Part shown: one piece after another, positions 9,881-19,744 of the stretch
Position numbering within the stretch: position 1 is the stretch's first letter
Layout: every line of letters starts with the position of its first letter
Source: a virus
DNA: 55,271 nt
IMG/VR virus record: IMGVR_UViG_3300028534_000014
Span: 1-55,271 of that record
Strand: one strand, 5' to 3'
The notes under the pieces: model-generated
Databases searched by the model: none
Told to the model about the DNA's origin: nothing
What the model saw: only the letters and a program-made list of their open reading frames with translations
Program-made: the position numbers and the translations under genes

Positions 9881-10998
9881 TTCTCATCCTTATGTCTTTT
9901 TATTATTTCATAGTCATCTTTACTAATCAACCACTCTAATTTATTATATTTTAGATCGATGAATGGGATAGCTAATCCGCCAAATGATTGATACTCTGCT
10001 GGAGATAGTTCTACCATGTCTATCTTTTTAGACTCTAGATACGGTCTCAGTTGAGGGTGAAATTTAGCTACTCTCAGATTAAACTCCATTGCTAATATAG
10101 GGTCATCGTATTCCATACCGAAACATTGAAATCTTGTATTGTATGTCGTATTCTCCTGACTTTTAGGAGTTGATGCTGTGACATTAAATAATGCTCCTTG
10201 TGGATTAGCAATTGGAAACCCTATAGTACTAGCGATGTGTTTAATACTTCTATTATCCTCTCCTGTAATAATTGTAGTTATATTTGTTGTGTAGTCTATC
10301 TCTCTTCCTAACATTAACTCTAAATACGGCCAGGCATCACCGGTCCTAACTCTAGAGATATACTCTAACCAGGTGTCCATAATTAATGGTATAACTTCTT
10401 CTTCTACGTTAGCGAATGTGACATCTAGTTGAACAATGTTATTTATAGTATTAATACCATCACCCCAGGTATATTGCTCTTTACGCATTCCTTCTTTACT
10501 AGAGAATACATCTAATACAGGGTCAGGAAAACCGGTTAAGTCTAATAACCCATTCGAGAGCGGTGGCATGTGTGGATTATATTGATTAAGTAAGTCCGAT
10601 TTTAATCCCCGTAACTCTGCAGAGATAGTATCACTACTTGTAGCCATAACAGACTCTCCGAAGTATAGGTGAGGGTCTAATAGACATCTTACGTATCTTT
10701 CTAGAGAATTAGTTCTAGTATTTAATAATTTAGCCAGTTTTCTACTTCTTGTTAAATTATGATAACTTAATCTAATAGCCGGTCTAGTGAAGAATACATG
10801 CGCGTGGTAATCTCTATTTAATCCTGGCATTTTAGTCCGGGCTACTGGTTGAACTCCGTGCAAGAAATTCGTAAGTCTTGTTCTCTCATCACCTATAGGC
10901 GTGGTGTATTGTAGTATATCATTATAGCCGTCTTCTCTCTCTTTTTGGATAGCAAGATTGAAATCTTGTTCTCCTAACTTATTCTTTTCTTTGTTCAT
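9877..10998 (-). CDS. Virion structural protein (phiKZ gp88-like, tube/baseplate-related)
   Basis: VFFTRP, RCLLDP, GFPDP, REIDY and EYDDPIL..EFN motifs; synteny. Confidence 0.7.
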   Translation of the reverse strand: MNKEKNKLGEQDFNLAIQKEREDGYNDILQYTTPIGDERTRLTNFLHGVQPVARTKMPGLNRDYHAHVFFTRPAIRLSYHNLTRSRKLAKLLNTRTNSLERYVRCLLDPHLYFGESVMATSSDTISAELRGLKSDLLNQYNPHMPPLSNGLLDLTGFPDPVLDVFSSKEGMRKEQYTWGDGINTINNIVQLDVTFANVEEEVIPLIMDTWLEYISRVRTGDAWPYLELMLGREIDYTTNITTIITGEDNRSIKHIASTIGFPIANPQGALFNVTASTPKSQENTTYNTRFQCFGMEYDDPILAMEFNLRVAKFHPQLRPYLESKKIDMVELSPAEYQSFGGLAIPFIDLKYNKLEWLISKDDYEIIKRHKDEK

Positions 10999-11081
10999 AA
11001 TTATCCTCTCTATTGCTAAATCATTGAACTTTACAATGATAAAGATAAGTTTCTTGAATATATTTTACAAAAAGGACTAAA

Positions 11082-12158
11082 ATGAGTACATTTAATCAAA
11101 CTCTTATCAATGTCGCAGTAGCGGCTGAGAAGTTATCTAAGGGTGAGGTACCGTTCGGTGAAGCTGTAAAAAGCAAGAATGGTCGAACATTAATACTAGC
11201 TAACGGCTCGATGACAGAAATTCTTACTAACTTTATTATACAACCAGAGATAATTGTAAGTGAAGAGTTGCAAGGGACTCCGATGATTAATAAAATTATC
11301 GATTATCAAATTGATACATTTGTATCATTCTATATAGCGGTGTTTAAAAGTATAGTACAATTTTATGGCTTTAGCCCTGAAACAACTCTACGCCTATTGT
11401 CTTCATCGACACAAGTTAAAGCTCCAAGTTATATTAATCATGCTCTATTATCTGATATGTATCAAACAGAGACTTCTGATGATGTGCAAGGATTTAAACA
11501 ACTATCATTAGATACGGAGCCTGAATTGTTAGGCGATAAATCCGTGCCAGTATTTCTTAGAAAATTCCAACTATCTTTTAAATTGGATAAAGGGAATGAA
11601 ATTAGATTTGATATGTTGGCAAGAGCTATTATTAGATATGTACCATCTAAAGATATTGTAAATGCTGTTGATGCAGGTAACCCTATTGATACAAGTTTCA
11701 CTAGCCAAAAAGATAAATGGTTATCTGGCGAGATAAGTTTCATGGATTTTGCTCTAGGGCTAAATATACTTAGAGACTTAAAGAAGAAGAAAATCCACGA
11801 TAGCACTGGATTGATTAAGCAGATTGAGAGACGTTCTCGTGATAGTATTGAGAAGATTATGACAGAAGGCGTTCCTGGTTTAGGGAAATATCATTCTATG
11901 GTTATCATTGATCAAGAGACTCGTAAGAAGATAACTAAGATGATTAAATATAAGATTACTTCAGATGCTGGGAAGGAGTTAGTGACTAAAGCTTTAAGAG
12001 CTATGTCTATCGCTATAGTTGATGATGACGCTGAGACTATCATGCTGGTATTCCAAGCATTTGATGGGTATACTGTACTGGATTTTGACCAAATTAAAGA
12101 CCCTAAAAAGTCTAACTCTGATGAGATAATTAAATTACTATTAACAAAAGGATACTAG
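11082..12158 (+). CDS. Head/inner-body protein (phiKZ gp89-like)
   Basis: Divergent from gp88-like; W.SGEISF.DF motif; AAGGA RBS. Confidence 0.65.
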   Translation: MSTFNQTLINVAVAAEKLSKGEVPFGEAVKSKNGRTLILANGSMTEILTNFIIQPEIIVSEELQGTPMINKIIDYQIDTFVSFYIAVFKSIVQFYGFSPETTLRLLSSSTQVKAPSYINHALLSDMYQTETSDDVQGFKQLSLDTEPELLGDKSVPVFLRKFQLSFKLDKGNEIRFDMLARAIIRYVPSKDIVNAVDAGNPIDTSFTSQKDKWLSGEISFMDFALGLNILRDLKKKKIHDSTGLIKQIERRSRDSIEKIMTEGVPGLGKYHSMVIIDQETRKKITKMIKYKITSDAGKELVTKALRAMSIAIVDDDAETIMLVFQAFDGYTVLDFDQIKDPKKSNSDEIIKLLLTKGY

Positions 12159-12160
12159 AG

Positions 12161-13021
12161 ATGATTAATATTGTAAAGAAGGCGTTAAACGCTTTTACCG
12201 ATACTCCTTATTTAGAGACAGCTATTGTTATAAAGAATGCTAATACCATTTTAGGATTTATTAGCGATGACTATATGCCGACTTTAAGTGCAATTCAGGC
12301 GTATATCAAAAACCAAGGCTTACCAGCAGACGCTGATGAACGCGGGTTGAAGTTATTTAAAGATATAGGTTTTAAAACAAATAGTATCAATACTGGTATA
12401 GAACTACTACAAGGTTTTATAGAAAGAGCATTAATACCAGGAACTAAGATACTTAATAATTACTTAGAGAAGCATGAGTTTATATCTAAAGACCACATGT
12501 CTCCTAGAGATGCTGCTATTGTTGATTTAGTTAATTCACATATGAGAACATTAACTCTTATCAATAAGATATTAACAGCTTTAACATATATTGCAAATGA
12601 TGATGAATTTTATAGAAAGAAATACTCTAAAGAACTTGAAAGGAGTAGCTTGATATTAGCTCCTTATATTAAGAAATTATCTAAGGAAGGTATGACATCT
12701 ATTATACATGATATAAATAAATTATCAGATGAAATTGTTACAGATGCTACAGCTACAATCACTGATAAGAAATATACATCATTGGTTTCAGAGTTCTCTG
12801 GTAACCCTGTATTTGAATTTTTAAAATGGTGGGAAGAGATTAAGTTTGAAAGATATGAGGCAATGAAGGTTAGTGCTGAGTTAACTAGATTAAAATTAAC
12901 TGAACTTAGAAACAATAACGGTAATGCTCCAGATACAAAGATATCTAAAGCTATTAAATACTATGAGACTAAATTAAAGAAATTAGAGGTTAGTATAAAG
13001 GAATACGAGGAGGATGTATGA
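12161..13021 (+). CDS. Head/inner-body protein (phiKZ gp90-like)
   Basis: GNPVF..W...RYE motif and C-terminal coiled coil (KAIKYYE). Confidence 0.65.
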   Translation: MINIVKKALNAFTDTPYLETAIVIKNANTILGFISDDYMPTLSAIQAYIKNQGLPADADERGLKLFKDIGFKTNSINTGIELLQGFIERALIPGTKILNNYLEKHEFISKDHMSPRDAAIVDLVNSHMRTLTLINKILTALTYIANDDEFYRKKYSKELERSSLILAPYIKKLSKEGMTSIIHDINKLSDEIVTDATATITDKKYTSLVSEFSGNPVFEFLKWWEEIKFERYEAMKVSAELTRLKLTELRNNNGNAPDTKISKAIKYYETKLKKLEVSIKEYEEDV

Positions 13022-13488
13022 TACGTATAAATAAAAGGTACGATTTCGTAAACCTTTTAGATAAAGATAATAATAACCCTATTCAGCAAGCGCATGTAAT
13101 AGTAGCAGGTTTCTATTACATACTCGATATGTTTGGTATAGGTAAAGCTAGTCTCGATTTTAGGAAGAATAGACATAGAAATCTTTCAGCTCCGTCTATT
13201 TTAGCCGATATATATAAAGAGTATATTATAGGTCTAAATAATAACGAACTTAAAACATTTAATAGTTACGTATTAGCGATTAAAAATTTGCATGATGATG
13301 AATATACAGTTTTTAAAAATACTAATGATTATGTACTAACAGATTTACCTGTGGATGAATTAGCTACTAAATATGATGCATATAGTGCTATTCGTTTAAT
13401 GTATCGCGACATGGATTATGAGGCTATAGAATTCTTTTATAGACTTATATCTACACAGTTCATGTGGGTATCGGGATTTAAAAATTAG
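13018..13488 (+). CDS. Hypothetical protein (phiKZ gp91 position)
   Basis: 156-aa ORF with ATGA overlap and GGAGG RBS. Confidence 0.7.
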   Translation: MIRINKRYDFVNLLDKDNNNPIQQAHVIVAGFYYILDMFGIGKASLDFRKNRHRNLSAPSILADIYKEYIIGLNNNELKTFNSYVLAIKNLHDDEYTVFKNTNDYVLTDLPVDELATKYDAYSAIRLMYRDMDYEAIEFFYRLISTQFMWVSGFKN

Positions 13489-13495
13489 ATAGATG

Positions 13496-13523
13496 TAGAT
13501 ATACCCTTATAAGGGTATATCTA
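13496..13523 (+). terminator. Perfect 28-bp palindrome, probable terminator
   Basis: tagatatacccttataagggtatatcta followed by a T-tract. Confidence 0.75.
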
Positions 13524-13576
13524 TATAATTTTTTACACGCATATTTTAAATGTGAATATTTATAAAAAGGGATGTA

Positions 13577-16387
13577 ATGATTAATGTAATTGATAGTAAA
13601 GGCCATGAACAGCCTTTAGATTTAAGTAAAATAACGTTAGCAGTAAATGAGGCGGTTGAAGGTTTAGATGGCGTTGATGCTGATGCTATTATATCTAAAG
13701 CTAATTTAAGATTTTATAATGGTATGAGGACTGCTGATATACAACAGATATTAGTCGATACAGCAGAACAAATGATACAGATAGATACTCCGAATTATGC
13801 TTATATTGCTGCTAGGCTATATCTTAGGAAGATGCGTAAAGAGGTTAAGGCAAATGGGATCTATACATTTCAGGATTATATAGATAGAGCCGTATCTATT
13901 AATAGAATGGATCGAAACTTTTTAACTAAATATACACAAGAGCAGATTGATGATTTAGTTAATTACATTGATTATGATAGAGATAAGTTGTTTAAATATA
14001 TAGGTATTAAATATGCTAGGTTATCGTATTTATTACACGATGAAGATAATAGACTTATCGAATTACCTCAATGGTGGTTTATGACTATAGCTATGTTCTT
14101 AGCACAGGCAGAAAAGGATAATGTGAAGTGGGCTAAGAAGTTTTACGATGTAATGAGTCAGTTCTTAGTATTTCCAGGAACGCCTACTCTTAGTAATGCG
14201 AGAACAAGACATTCTCAACTATCTAGTTGTTATGTAGGAAGCACTCCAGATAATGCTGAGGGAATTATGTTAGCTAATAAGAATATGGCTATATTAAGTA
14301 AGTATGGAGGAGGTATTGGTTGGGATTGGACTACAGTTAGAGGCAGCCTCGGGTATATTAATGGTCACAAAGGCGCAGCCGGTGGACCATTGCCTATGCT
14401 AAAAATATCTAATGCTGTATCGAATGCCTTTGATCAATTAGGATGCGTGGCTAAGAATAGTTATGTTAAAGTTAAGAGAGATGATGATAAGATTGAGACT
14501 ATATTAATCTCAGATGTAGAGGTAGGTGATTTAATTAAATCTTATAATATAAAGACTAATACTATAGAGTTTAAAAGAGTGCTAGAGACGCATAAGATGC
14601 AAGTTGCTAAAGAGAACCAAATTAAGATAGAGTATGCACATGGGTATATTGTAACATCTAACTGGCACCCTACTCCTATACTGAGAGATGGTAGATATCA
14701 ATATATTAGAGCTGATGAGGTAAAGATAAGTGATATAGGTGTCGATGAGAATGGTTTACCATCAGAAGTGATACAAATATCTAATCCAAACATATCTGAG
14801 GAGTATAGAGATTTATCAGTTGAGGATAATGAGAATTATTTCTGCTCTACTGATATCCAAGATAATAGATTTTACCTTATCCATAATACTAGAAAGGGAG
14901 CTATTTCTCCGTATATAGAACCATGGCATAAGGATATTAAAGATTTTATAGAGATACAAAAACCACATGGTGAGAAGAGACTTCGTTCAGAGGATTTACA
15001 TCCTGGTGTATGGTTTAACGAAATATTCTTTAAAAGAGTTGAAGAGGATAGCACTTGGACACTATTTGATCCTATAGATGTTCCTAAACTTACTGAAAGT
15101 TATGGCGAAGAGTTTAATAGGTATTATATGGAATATGAGAATGATGATAGTATACCTAAAGAAGTTATCTCAGCTAAGAGCCTATGGAGATTATACATCA
15201 GTACTTACTATGAGTTTGGTAAACCGTATTTTACTATTAAAGATGCTCATAATGCTAAAAATCCTAATAGCCATAACGGTATTATACGCTCTAGTAACTT
15301 GTGTACAGAAATAAGTCAAAATACAGACCCTGGCAAATTGATAGTTCGCGTTACATATGACAACGAAGTTACTGAAACTTATTTAGCTACAGATGAGTTA
15401 GAATTAGAGATAGGTGGAACTGTAATAGCTGAAAAGATAATGACTACTGATATTATTAAAGATAAAGGCAGGGCAGTATTTATAGAGAAAGATATTATAG
15501 ATGCTAAAATAGCTGTATGTAACTTAGCTTCTATTAATATGTCTCGTGTATACACAAAAGAGGATTTACATAGAGTTGTTCCTATAGCAGTTCGTATGTT
15601 AGATAATGTTATTGATTTAAACTTCTACCCAGTAAAAGCTGCTAGAGATACTAACCTTGAGAATAGAGCTATAGGTTTAGGGTTAATGGGAGGACACGAG
15701 TTCGCTGTTGCTAGAGGATTTCAATTCGGGTCTCAAGAGCATAAAGAGGCTGTTGATGAGTTTATGGAGAACTTCACATTATCTGCTATAGAAGCATCTT
15801 CTGATTTAGGTGAAGAGAAAGGCGACTATCCAGGTTTTGAAGGTTCTAAATGGAATAAGGGTATTTTACCAGTAGATATTCCGAATGAATTAGTAGACTC
15901 TTTGACTACTAGAAAATGGGATATAGACAGATTAGAAATAGTTAGAGATAAAGCATCTAAACATATGCGTAATGGGTATCTGTTAGCAGTTGCTCCTACT
16001 AGTACTATATCAATCATAGCTGGTACAACAAAGTCAGTAGAGCCTGTATATAAACCTGTATATTACGAGAGAGAGAACAGTAAAGGTTCTCATATATGGA
16101 TAGCCCCTAACCTTAACCCTGATACTTACGGGTTATATAAGACAATGTTTGACCATGATCAATATAGATTAGTTGAAATAATGGCAATTATGCAAAAGAA
16201 TATGGATCAGACTATATCTTATAATTTGGGTATCGCGCAAGGCGCTACTGGTAAGACAATTTCTGATTTATTGCTATATATAGCAAGATTAAAAAACCGT
16301 TCTACTTATTATTTGAAGACAGTATCTCCTGAAGAGAAAAAGAGTACGACCGGAGACCATGTGGTGGAGTGCGTGGGCTGTCAATAA
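13577..16387 (+). CDS. nrdA: Class Ia ribonucleotide reductase alpha subunit with ATP-cone and mini-intein
   Basis: ATP-cone N-terminus, PGTPTL, QLSSCY, SNLCTE, VCNLAS, APTSTIS, STYY and C-terminal CVGC. Confidence 0.97.
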   Translation: MINVIDSKGHEQPLDLSKITLAVNEAVEGLDGVDADAIISKANLRFYNGMRTADIQQILVDTAEQMIQIDTPNYAYIAARLYLRKMRKEVKANGIYTFQDYIDRAVSINRMDRNFLTKYTQEQIDDLVNYIDYDRDKLFKYIGIKYARLSYLLHDEDNRLIELPQWWFMTIAMFLAQAEKDNVKWAKKFYDVMSQFLVFPGTPTLSNARTRHSQLSSCYVGSTPDNAEGIMLANKNMAILSKYGGGIGWDWTTVRGSLGYINGHKGAAGGPLPMLKISNAVSNAFDQLGCVAKNSYVKVKRDDDKIETILISDVEVGDLIKSYNIKTNTIEFKRVLETHKMQVAKENQIKIEYAHGYIVTSNWHPTPILRDGRYQYIRADEVKISDIGVDENGLPSEVIQISNPNISEEYRDLSVEDNENYFCSTDIQDNRFYLIHNTRKGAISPYIEPWHKDIKDFIEIQKPHGEKRLRSEDLHPGVWFNEIFFKRVEEDSTWTLFDPIDVPKLTESYGEEFNRYYMEYENDDSIPKEVISAKSLWRLYISTYYEFGKPYFTIKDAHNAKNPNSHNGIIRSSNLCTEISQNTDPGKLIVRVTYDNEVTETYLATDELELEIGGTVIAEKIMTTDIIKDKGRAVFIEKDIIDAKIAVCNLASINMSRVYTKEDLHRVVPIAVRMLDNVIDLNFYPVKAARDTNLENRAIGLGLMGGHEFAVARGFQFGSQEHKEAVDEFMENFTLSAIEASSDLGEEKGDYPGFEGSKWNKGILPVDIPNELVDSLTTRKWDIDRLEIVRDKASKHMRNGYLLAVAPTSTISIIAGTTKSVEPVYKPVYYERENSKGSHIWIAPNLNPDTYGLYKTMFDHDQYRLVEIMAIMQKNMDQTISYNLGIAQGATGKTISDLLLYIARLKNRSTYYLKTVSPEEKKSTTGDHVVECVGCQ
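14444..14887 (+). mobile_element. Mini-intein (148 aa, no endonuclease) in NrdA
   Basis: DQLG|CVAKNSY...VTSNWHP (block B)...DLSVEDNENYF...LIHN|TRKGA; removal restores DQLGTRKGA. Confidence 0.93.
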
Positions 16388-16403
16388 TATTTGAGGAGAT
16401 TAT

Positions 16404-17117
16404 ATGATACAGGTTCTAGATAAGAGTGATAATGCTCCTGGAGATAAAGGGCGTTTATACGCCTATGAATGGACAGTAAGTGCAAAAGAGGTGCTTAATG
16501 GTGCCACTCTATTTAAGGCACCAGACCCTACATCAACTACACAACTTAAAGAGAGCATTGTTAATAGTTCGAGATTTATAATAACAGATGACATATCAAC
16601 ATCGACTAATGTAATTGAACCTAAACTTCCATTTGATACAAGTCTATACTATACAAAATATTCATTTTCAGGATTAGTGTATATAAAAATTTCTAAGAAC
16701 CCTACTATTTTTAAATTGAACAATACACAGTATCAGATTAAGATTAGTGATGGTAGAGTAACTATACCTTCTGGGATATACGGATATAGGGTATTAGTAG
16801 ATGAAAATAATAGGCAATATATTCAATTATACTCACTCGATACATTAAGAACAGAATTAAAGACCTATGAACTACAGTTAACTAATGATGGTCGTATATC
16901 TATAGATAGAGTAATCAATGGTGATGTAGTATTAAACATGGCTACAGTACAAGATATTGACGGAAGTGTGCTTTTTACTAAGTGTACAGTAGAAGACTAT
17001 ACTACAGTACAAGTGCATTTGGATAGTACTGACTTAGATGCATTAAAAGACGATAATGGTAATGTTCGATCCGGTGTTAAAGCGGTATTCTCAGTATTAA
17101 TCTATTTAGTTGAATAA
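16404..17117 (+). CDS. Hypothetical beta-rich protein
   Basis: 237-aa ORF with GAGGAG RBS. Confidence 0.75.
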   Translation: MIQVLDKSDNAPGDKGRLYAYEWTVSAKEVLNGATLFKAPDPTSTTQLKESIVNSSRFIITDDISTSTNVIEPKLPFDTSLYYTKYSFSGLVYIKISKNPTIFKLNNTQYQIKISDGRVTIPSGIYGYRVLVDENNRQYIQLYSLDTLRTELKTYELQLTNDGRISIDRVINGDVVLNMATVQDIDGSVLFTKCTVEDYTTVQVHLDSTDLDALKDDNGNVRSGVKAVFSVLIYLVE

Positions 17118-17133
17118 AAAAAAAGGATGATAA

Positions 17134-18045
17134 ATGGCGCTTTTAGGGACAATGAAAATAAAGCAAACAGGTTTAGAGTTATCAAGTATACTTAGTAGAT
17201 TACAGAGTGTAGAAGACGGTTTAAATAACACTGCTTCAGACTCGGCTATTACTGACTTACAAGATAAGATAAATGTATTAAATGGGGATGCTAGCACAGA
17301 TGGCTCTGTAGCAAAATCTGTTAAGACGGCAATTGATACTTTAATTGGTGGTGCACCGGCAGCATTAGATACATTAAAAGAGATTGCCGACGCATTGAAC
17401 GATGATGCTAATATAGTATCAGCGTTACATACATATACAGATAATGCTATTAATACATTAAAATCTACAATATTAGGAGATAGTCCTACATATACAACGT
17501 TAAAAGCTGTTAGTGATGAAATAGCAGATATTATTAATACCACTATCCCAACAGCTCAAACAGCGGCGACTGATAATGCTGTAGCAACGATTAGAGATGG
17601 TGTAGATAGTAGTGTTGATACATTGAAGAAAGTTAAGTCAGCTCTTGATGGCTTAGGCGCTGGGTTAAGTAATGCTAATGCATTAGCTGATAGTAACTTA
17701 ACAAGATTAGATGGTATGTCAGGTTTCAAAAAGTCGTCTATTAACTCAAGTAGAGAGCTTGTTGATGTTCCGTACTTTGACTCAGGTACAGGAAAGTATA
17801 TATATCCTCAAGCATTTACTAACTTTGGTTTTGCTAGAGTTATATATAATGATGGTAGTTATCAGGATTATCCGATCACTATCACTGACTCAGATGGAAA
17901 TGAGATTGATGTAATTAATTATAATGGGGAAGCTTTAGATGATAGTAACAGCAGATACCGCTTGGATGGATTTGATGGCAATGATGCTGATAGTGTTACA
18001 ACTGTATTATGCGGAGTGACTACATATAAACAAATAGCAGATTAA
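17134..18045 (+). CDS. Fibre-like structural protein with repeated (G)APxxLDTLKE-type motifs
   Basis: IGGAPAALDTLKEIADALNDD is a motif common in phage tail fibres; degenerate copies LGDSPTYTTLKAV and DGVDSSVDTLKKV. Confidence 0.65.
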   Translation: MALLGTMKIKQTGLELSSILSRLQSVEDGLNNTASDSAITDLQDKINVLNGDASTDGSVAKSVKTAIDTLIGGAPAALDTLKEIADALNDDANIVSALHTYTDNAINTLKSTILGDSPTYTTLKAVSDEIADIINTTIPTAQTAATDNAVATIRDGVDSSVDTLKKVKSALDGLGAGLSNANALADSNLTRLDGMSGFKKSSINSSRELVDVPYFDSGTGKYIYPQAFTNFGFARVIYNDGSYQDYPITITDSDGNEIDVINYNGEALDDSNSRYRLDGFDGNDADSVTTVLCGVTTYKQIAD

Positions 18046-18052
18046 TATTAGG

Positions 18053-18082
18053 ATACATAGATTGCATATGCAATCTATGTAT
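18053..18082 (+). terminator. Perfect 30-bp palindrome, probable terminator
   Basis: atacatagattgcatatgcaatctatgtat followed by a T-tract. Confidence 0.75.
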
Positions 18083-18145
18083 TAATCTTTTTTGTATCTA
18101 TTATATTTATATAGTATATATATAAATTACAAAGGAGCTTAAGAT

Positions 18146-19033
18146 ATGAGAGTATTAATATTGACAGGTGCTAGTTGTGTAGGTAAGACTGCATTAGAAA
18201 ACAAATTAGGATATCCTAAGGTACAGATATTTACCACGAGAAAAAAGAGAGCTAATGAGATAAGCGATTATACTTTCTTAACAGAGTCAGATATGGCTGA
18301 CATACGCTCGAGTATGGATTTCTCATTTGTCACAAATGAAGATACGGTATATGGATATAAGTTTTTAGATAATGCTCCTATACAAATCGTAAGTATTATC
18401 TCTTTAAGAGGTATTAATGGGCTATTAGACGTTATTAAAAAGAAATTTAATACTGAACCATTAATAGTGGAGTTAACTGCCTCTGATAGCGAGATAGAGC
18501 AATGTATGAAGGAGAGAGGTTTTTCAAAAGAGACTATAGAGCTTAGATCATCTATCCTAAGGACTGAGCCAGGTATTAAATTACATAGGAGTACTGCTTA
18601 CGATTATATCAAGCATTACTTTGAAGTATCTAGTAATGATATTATTCTTGAGTATTTAGCTAAATATAAAGATAGATATAAAGAGTGGGCTATAGATGGA
18701 GCTATGCATGCATTAGGTAAAACTGTAGCGGGCGCATTTATACCTAAAGATAATGAGATGATATTAAGAGATTTATCTAAACATGTTTTCGGTTTTTGGG
18801 ACAAATATCCGGAGTATTTTAAAGAGATAGTGGATGTTAATCTTACTGAGTTATTTAATGATGATATAGATGAATTAACAACTGGTTTGATTATAAGCTT
18901 GGGAGAGCTTATTATTAAAGGATATACTCAAATGGATAAAGATACATTTAATATGATGTCTATTATGGTATATTGGTTATATAATAAAAATATACTCATT
19001 TTAGATGAAAATAAAAAGATAAAGGACATGTAA
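18146..19033 (+). CDS. Guanylate-kinase-like P-loop domain fused to an unknown C-terminal domain
   Basis: GASCVGKT P-loop, TTRKKRANE..DYTF and YGY motifs. Confidence 0.75.
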   Translation: MRVLILTGASCVGKTALENKLGYPKVQIFTTRKKRANEISDYTFLTESDMADIRSSMDFSFVTNEDTVYGYKFLDNAPIQIVSIISLRGINGLLDVIKKKFNTEPLIVELTASDSEIEQCMKERGFSKETIELRSSILRTEPGIKLHRSTAYDYIKHYFEVSSNDIILEYLAKYKDRYKEWAIDGAMHALGKTVAGAFIPKDNEMILRDLSKHVFGFWDKYPEYFKEIVDVNLTELFNDDIDELTTGLIISLGELIIKGYTQMDKDTFNMMSIMVYWLYNKNILILDENKKIKDM

Positions 19034-19368
19034 TGGCGAAGTTTGTAGTAAGAAGGAAAGGTGCGTTTAATAAGGTAATTGTAGATGTGAATAATCGTGT
19101 TGATAAGCGAGGTTTTCATAAAGGCTTTGATGTAGATGTTATTGTAAAAAAAGGTTTTTTTAGTAAAGCAAAGCATTTCAGTCATTTTATATCTAACGCA
19201 TATGGGAAAGTTACATTTGTTAACTATACTACTACTCCAAGAATTGATAGAGATGGCATAGTGCTTAGAGCTATCTTAGATAGATATCCAGGAGACCACA
19301 GTGTTAGTGATGCTGACAGATTTATTATTGTAGATATACTAGATAATCTAGGGTATATTTTATTATGA
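19033..19368 (+). CDS. Hypothetical basic protein
   Basis: 111 aa with TAATG overlap and AAGGA RBS. Confidence 0.7.
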   Translation: MAKFVVRRKGAFNKVIVDVNNRVDKRGFHKGFDVDVIVKKGFFSKAKHFSHFISNAYGKVTFVNYTTTPRIDRDGIVLRAILDRYPGDHSVSDADRFIIVDILDNLGYILL

Positions 19369-19727
19369 TAACAATAGATATAGATATACAAAATAATATC
19401 TATATCCTGCCATCTATAGAAGAGATTAAGGAGCATGTAAAATACCCTATAACTATTTATGATGATGTACATGGTGTAGAGAAGACTGTTATAGGTGTTA
19501 TAGAATTTAATAATGGTGCATATGCTCTTATATTAGATACAGGTGCGCAGTATCTATACCATATAGATAGAAAGCCGAATAATCAGCAATTAATTAGAAC
19601 TAATTATACTGTAATTAAGGGTGTGGTTATATTTGGCAATGCTAACAAGAAGCAAAGAATATATCCTATAAAGATACATATAGGTACTGAAGAAGAGATA
19701 AACAAACTATTACCAGTAGTAGCTTAA
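19365..19727 (+). CDS. Hypothetical protein
   Basis: 120 aa with ATGA overlap. Confidence 0.7.
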   Translation: MITIDIDIQNNIYILPSIEEIKEHVKYPITIYDDVHGVEKTVIGVIEFNNGAYALILDTGAQYLYHIDRKPNNQQLIRTNYTVIKGVVIFGNANKKQRIYPIKIHIGTEEEINKLLPVVA

Positions 19728-19736
19728 GCTACTACT
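19715..19736. terminator. Perfect 22-bp palindrome between convergent genes
   Basis: agtagtagcttaagctactact. Confidence 0.7.
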
Positions 19737-19744
19737 AGGTATAG

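Noticed and set aside
15325-15510. Insert after NLCTE in NrdA as a possible second intein
   Set aside because: No C/S start or HN end; matches the insert I recall from Campylobacterota NrdA
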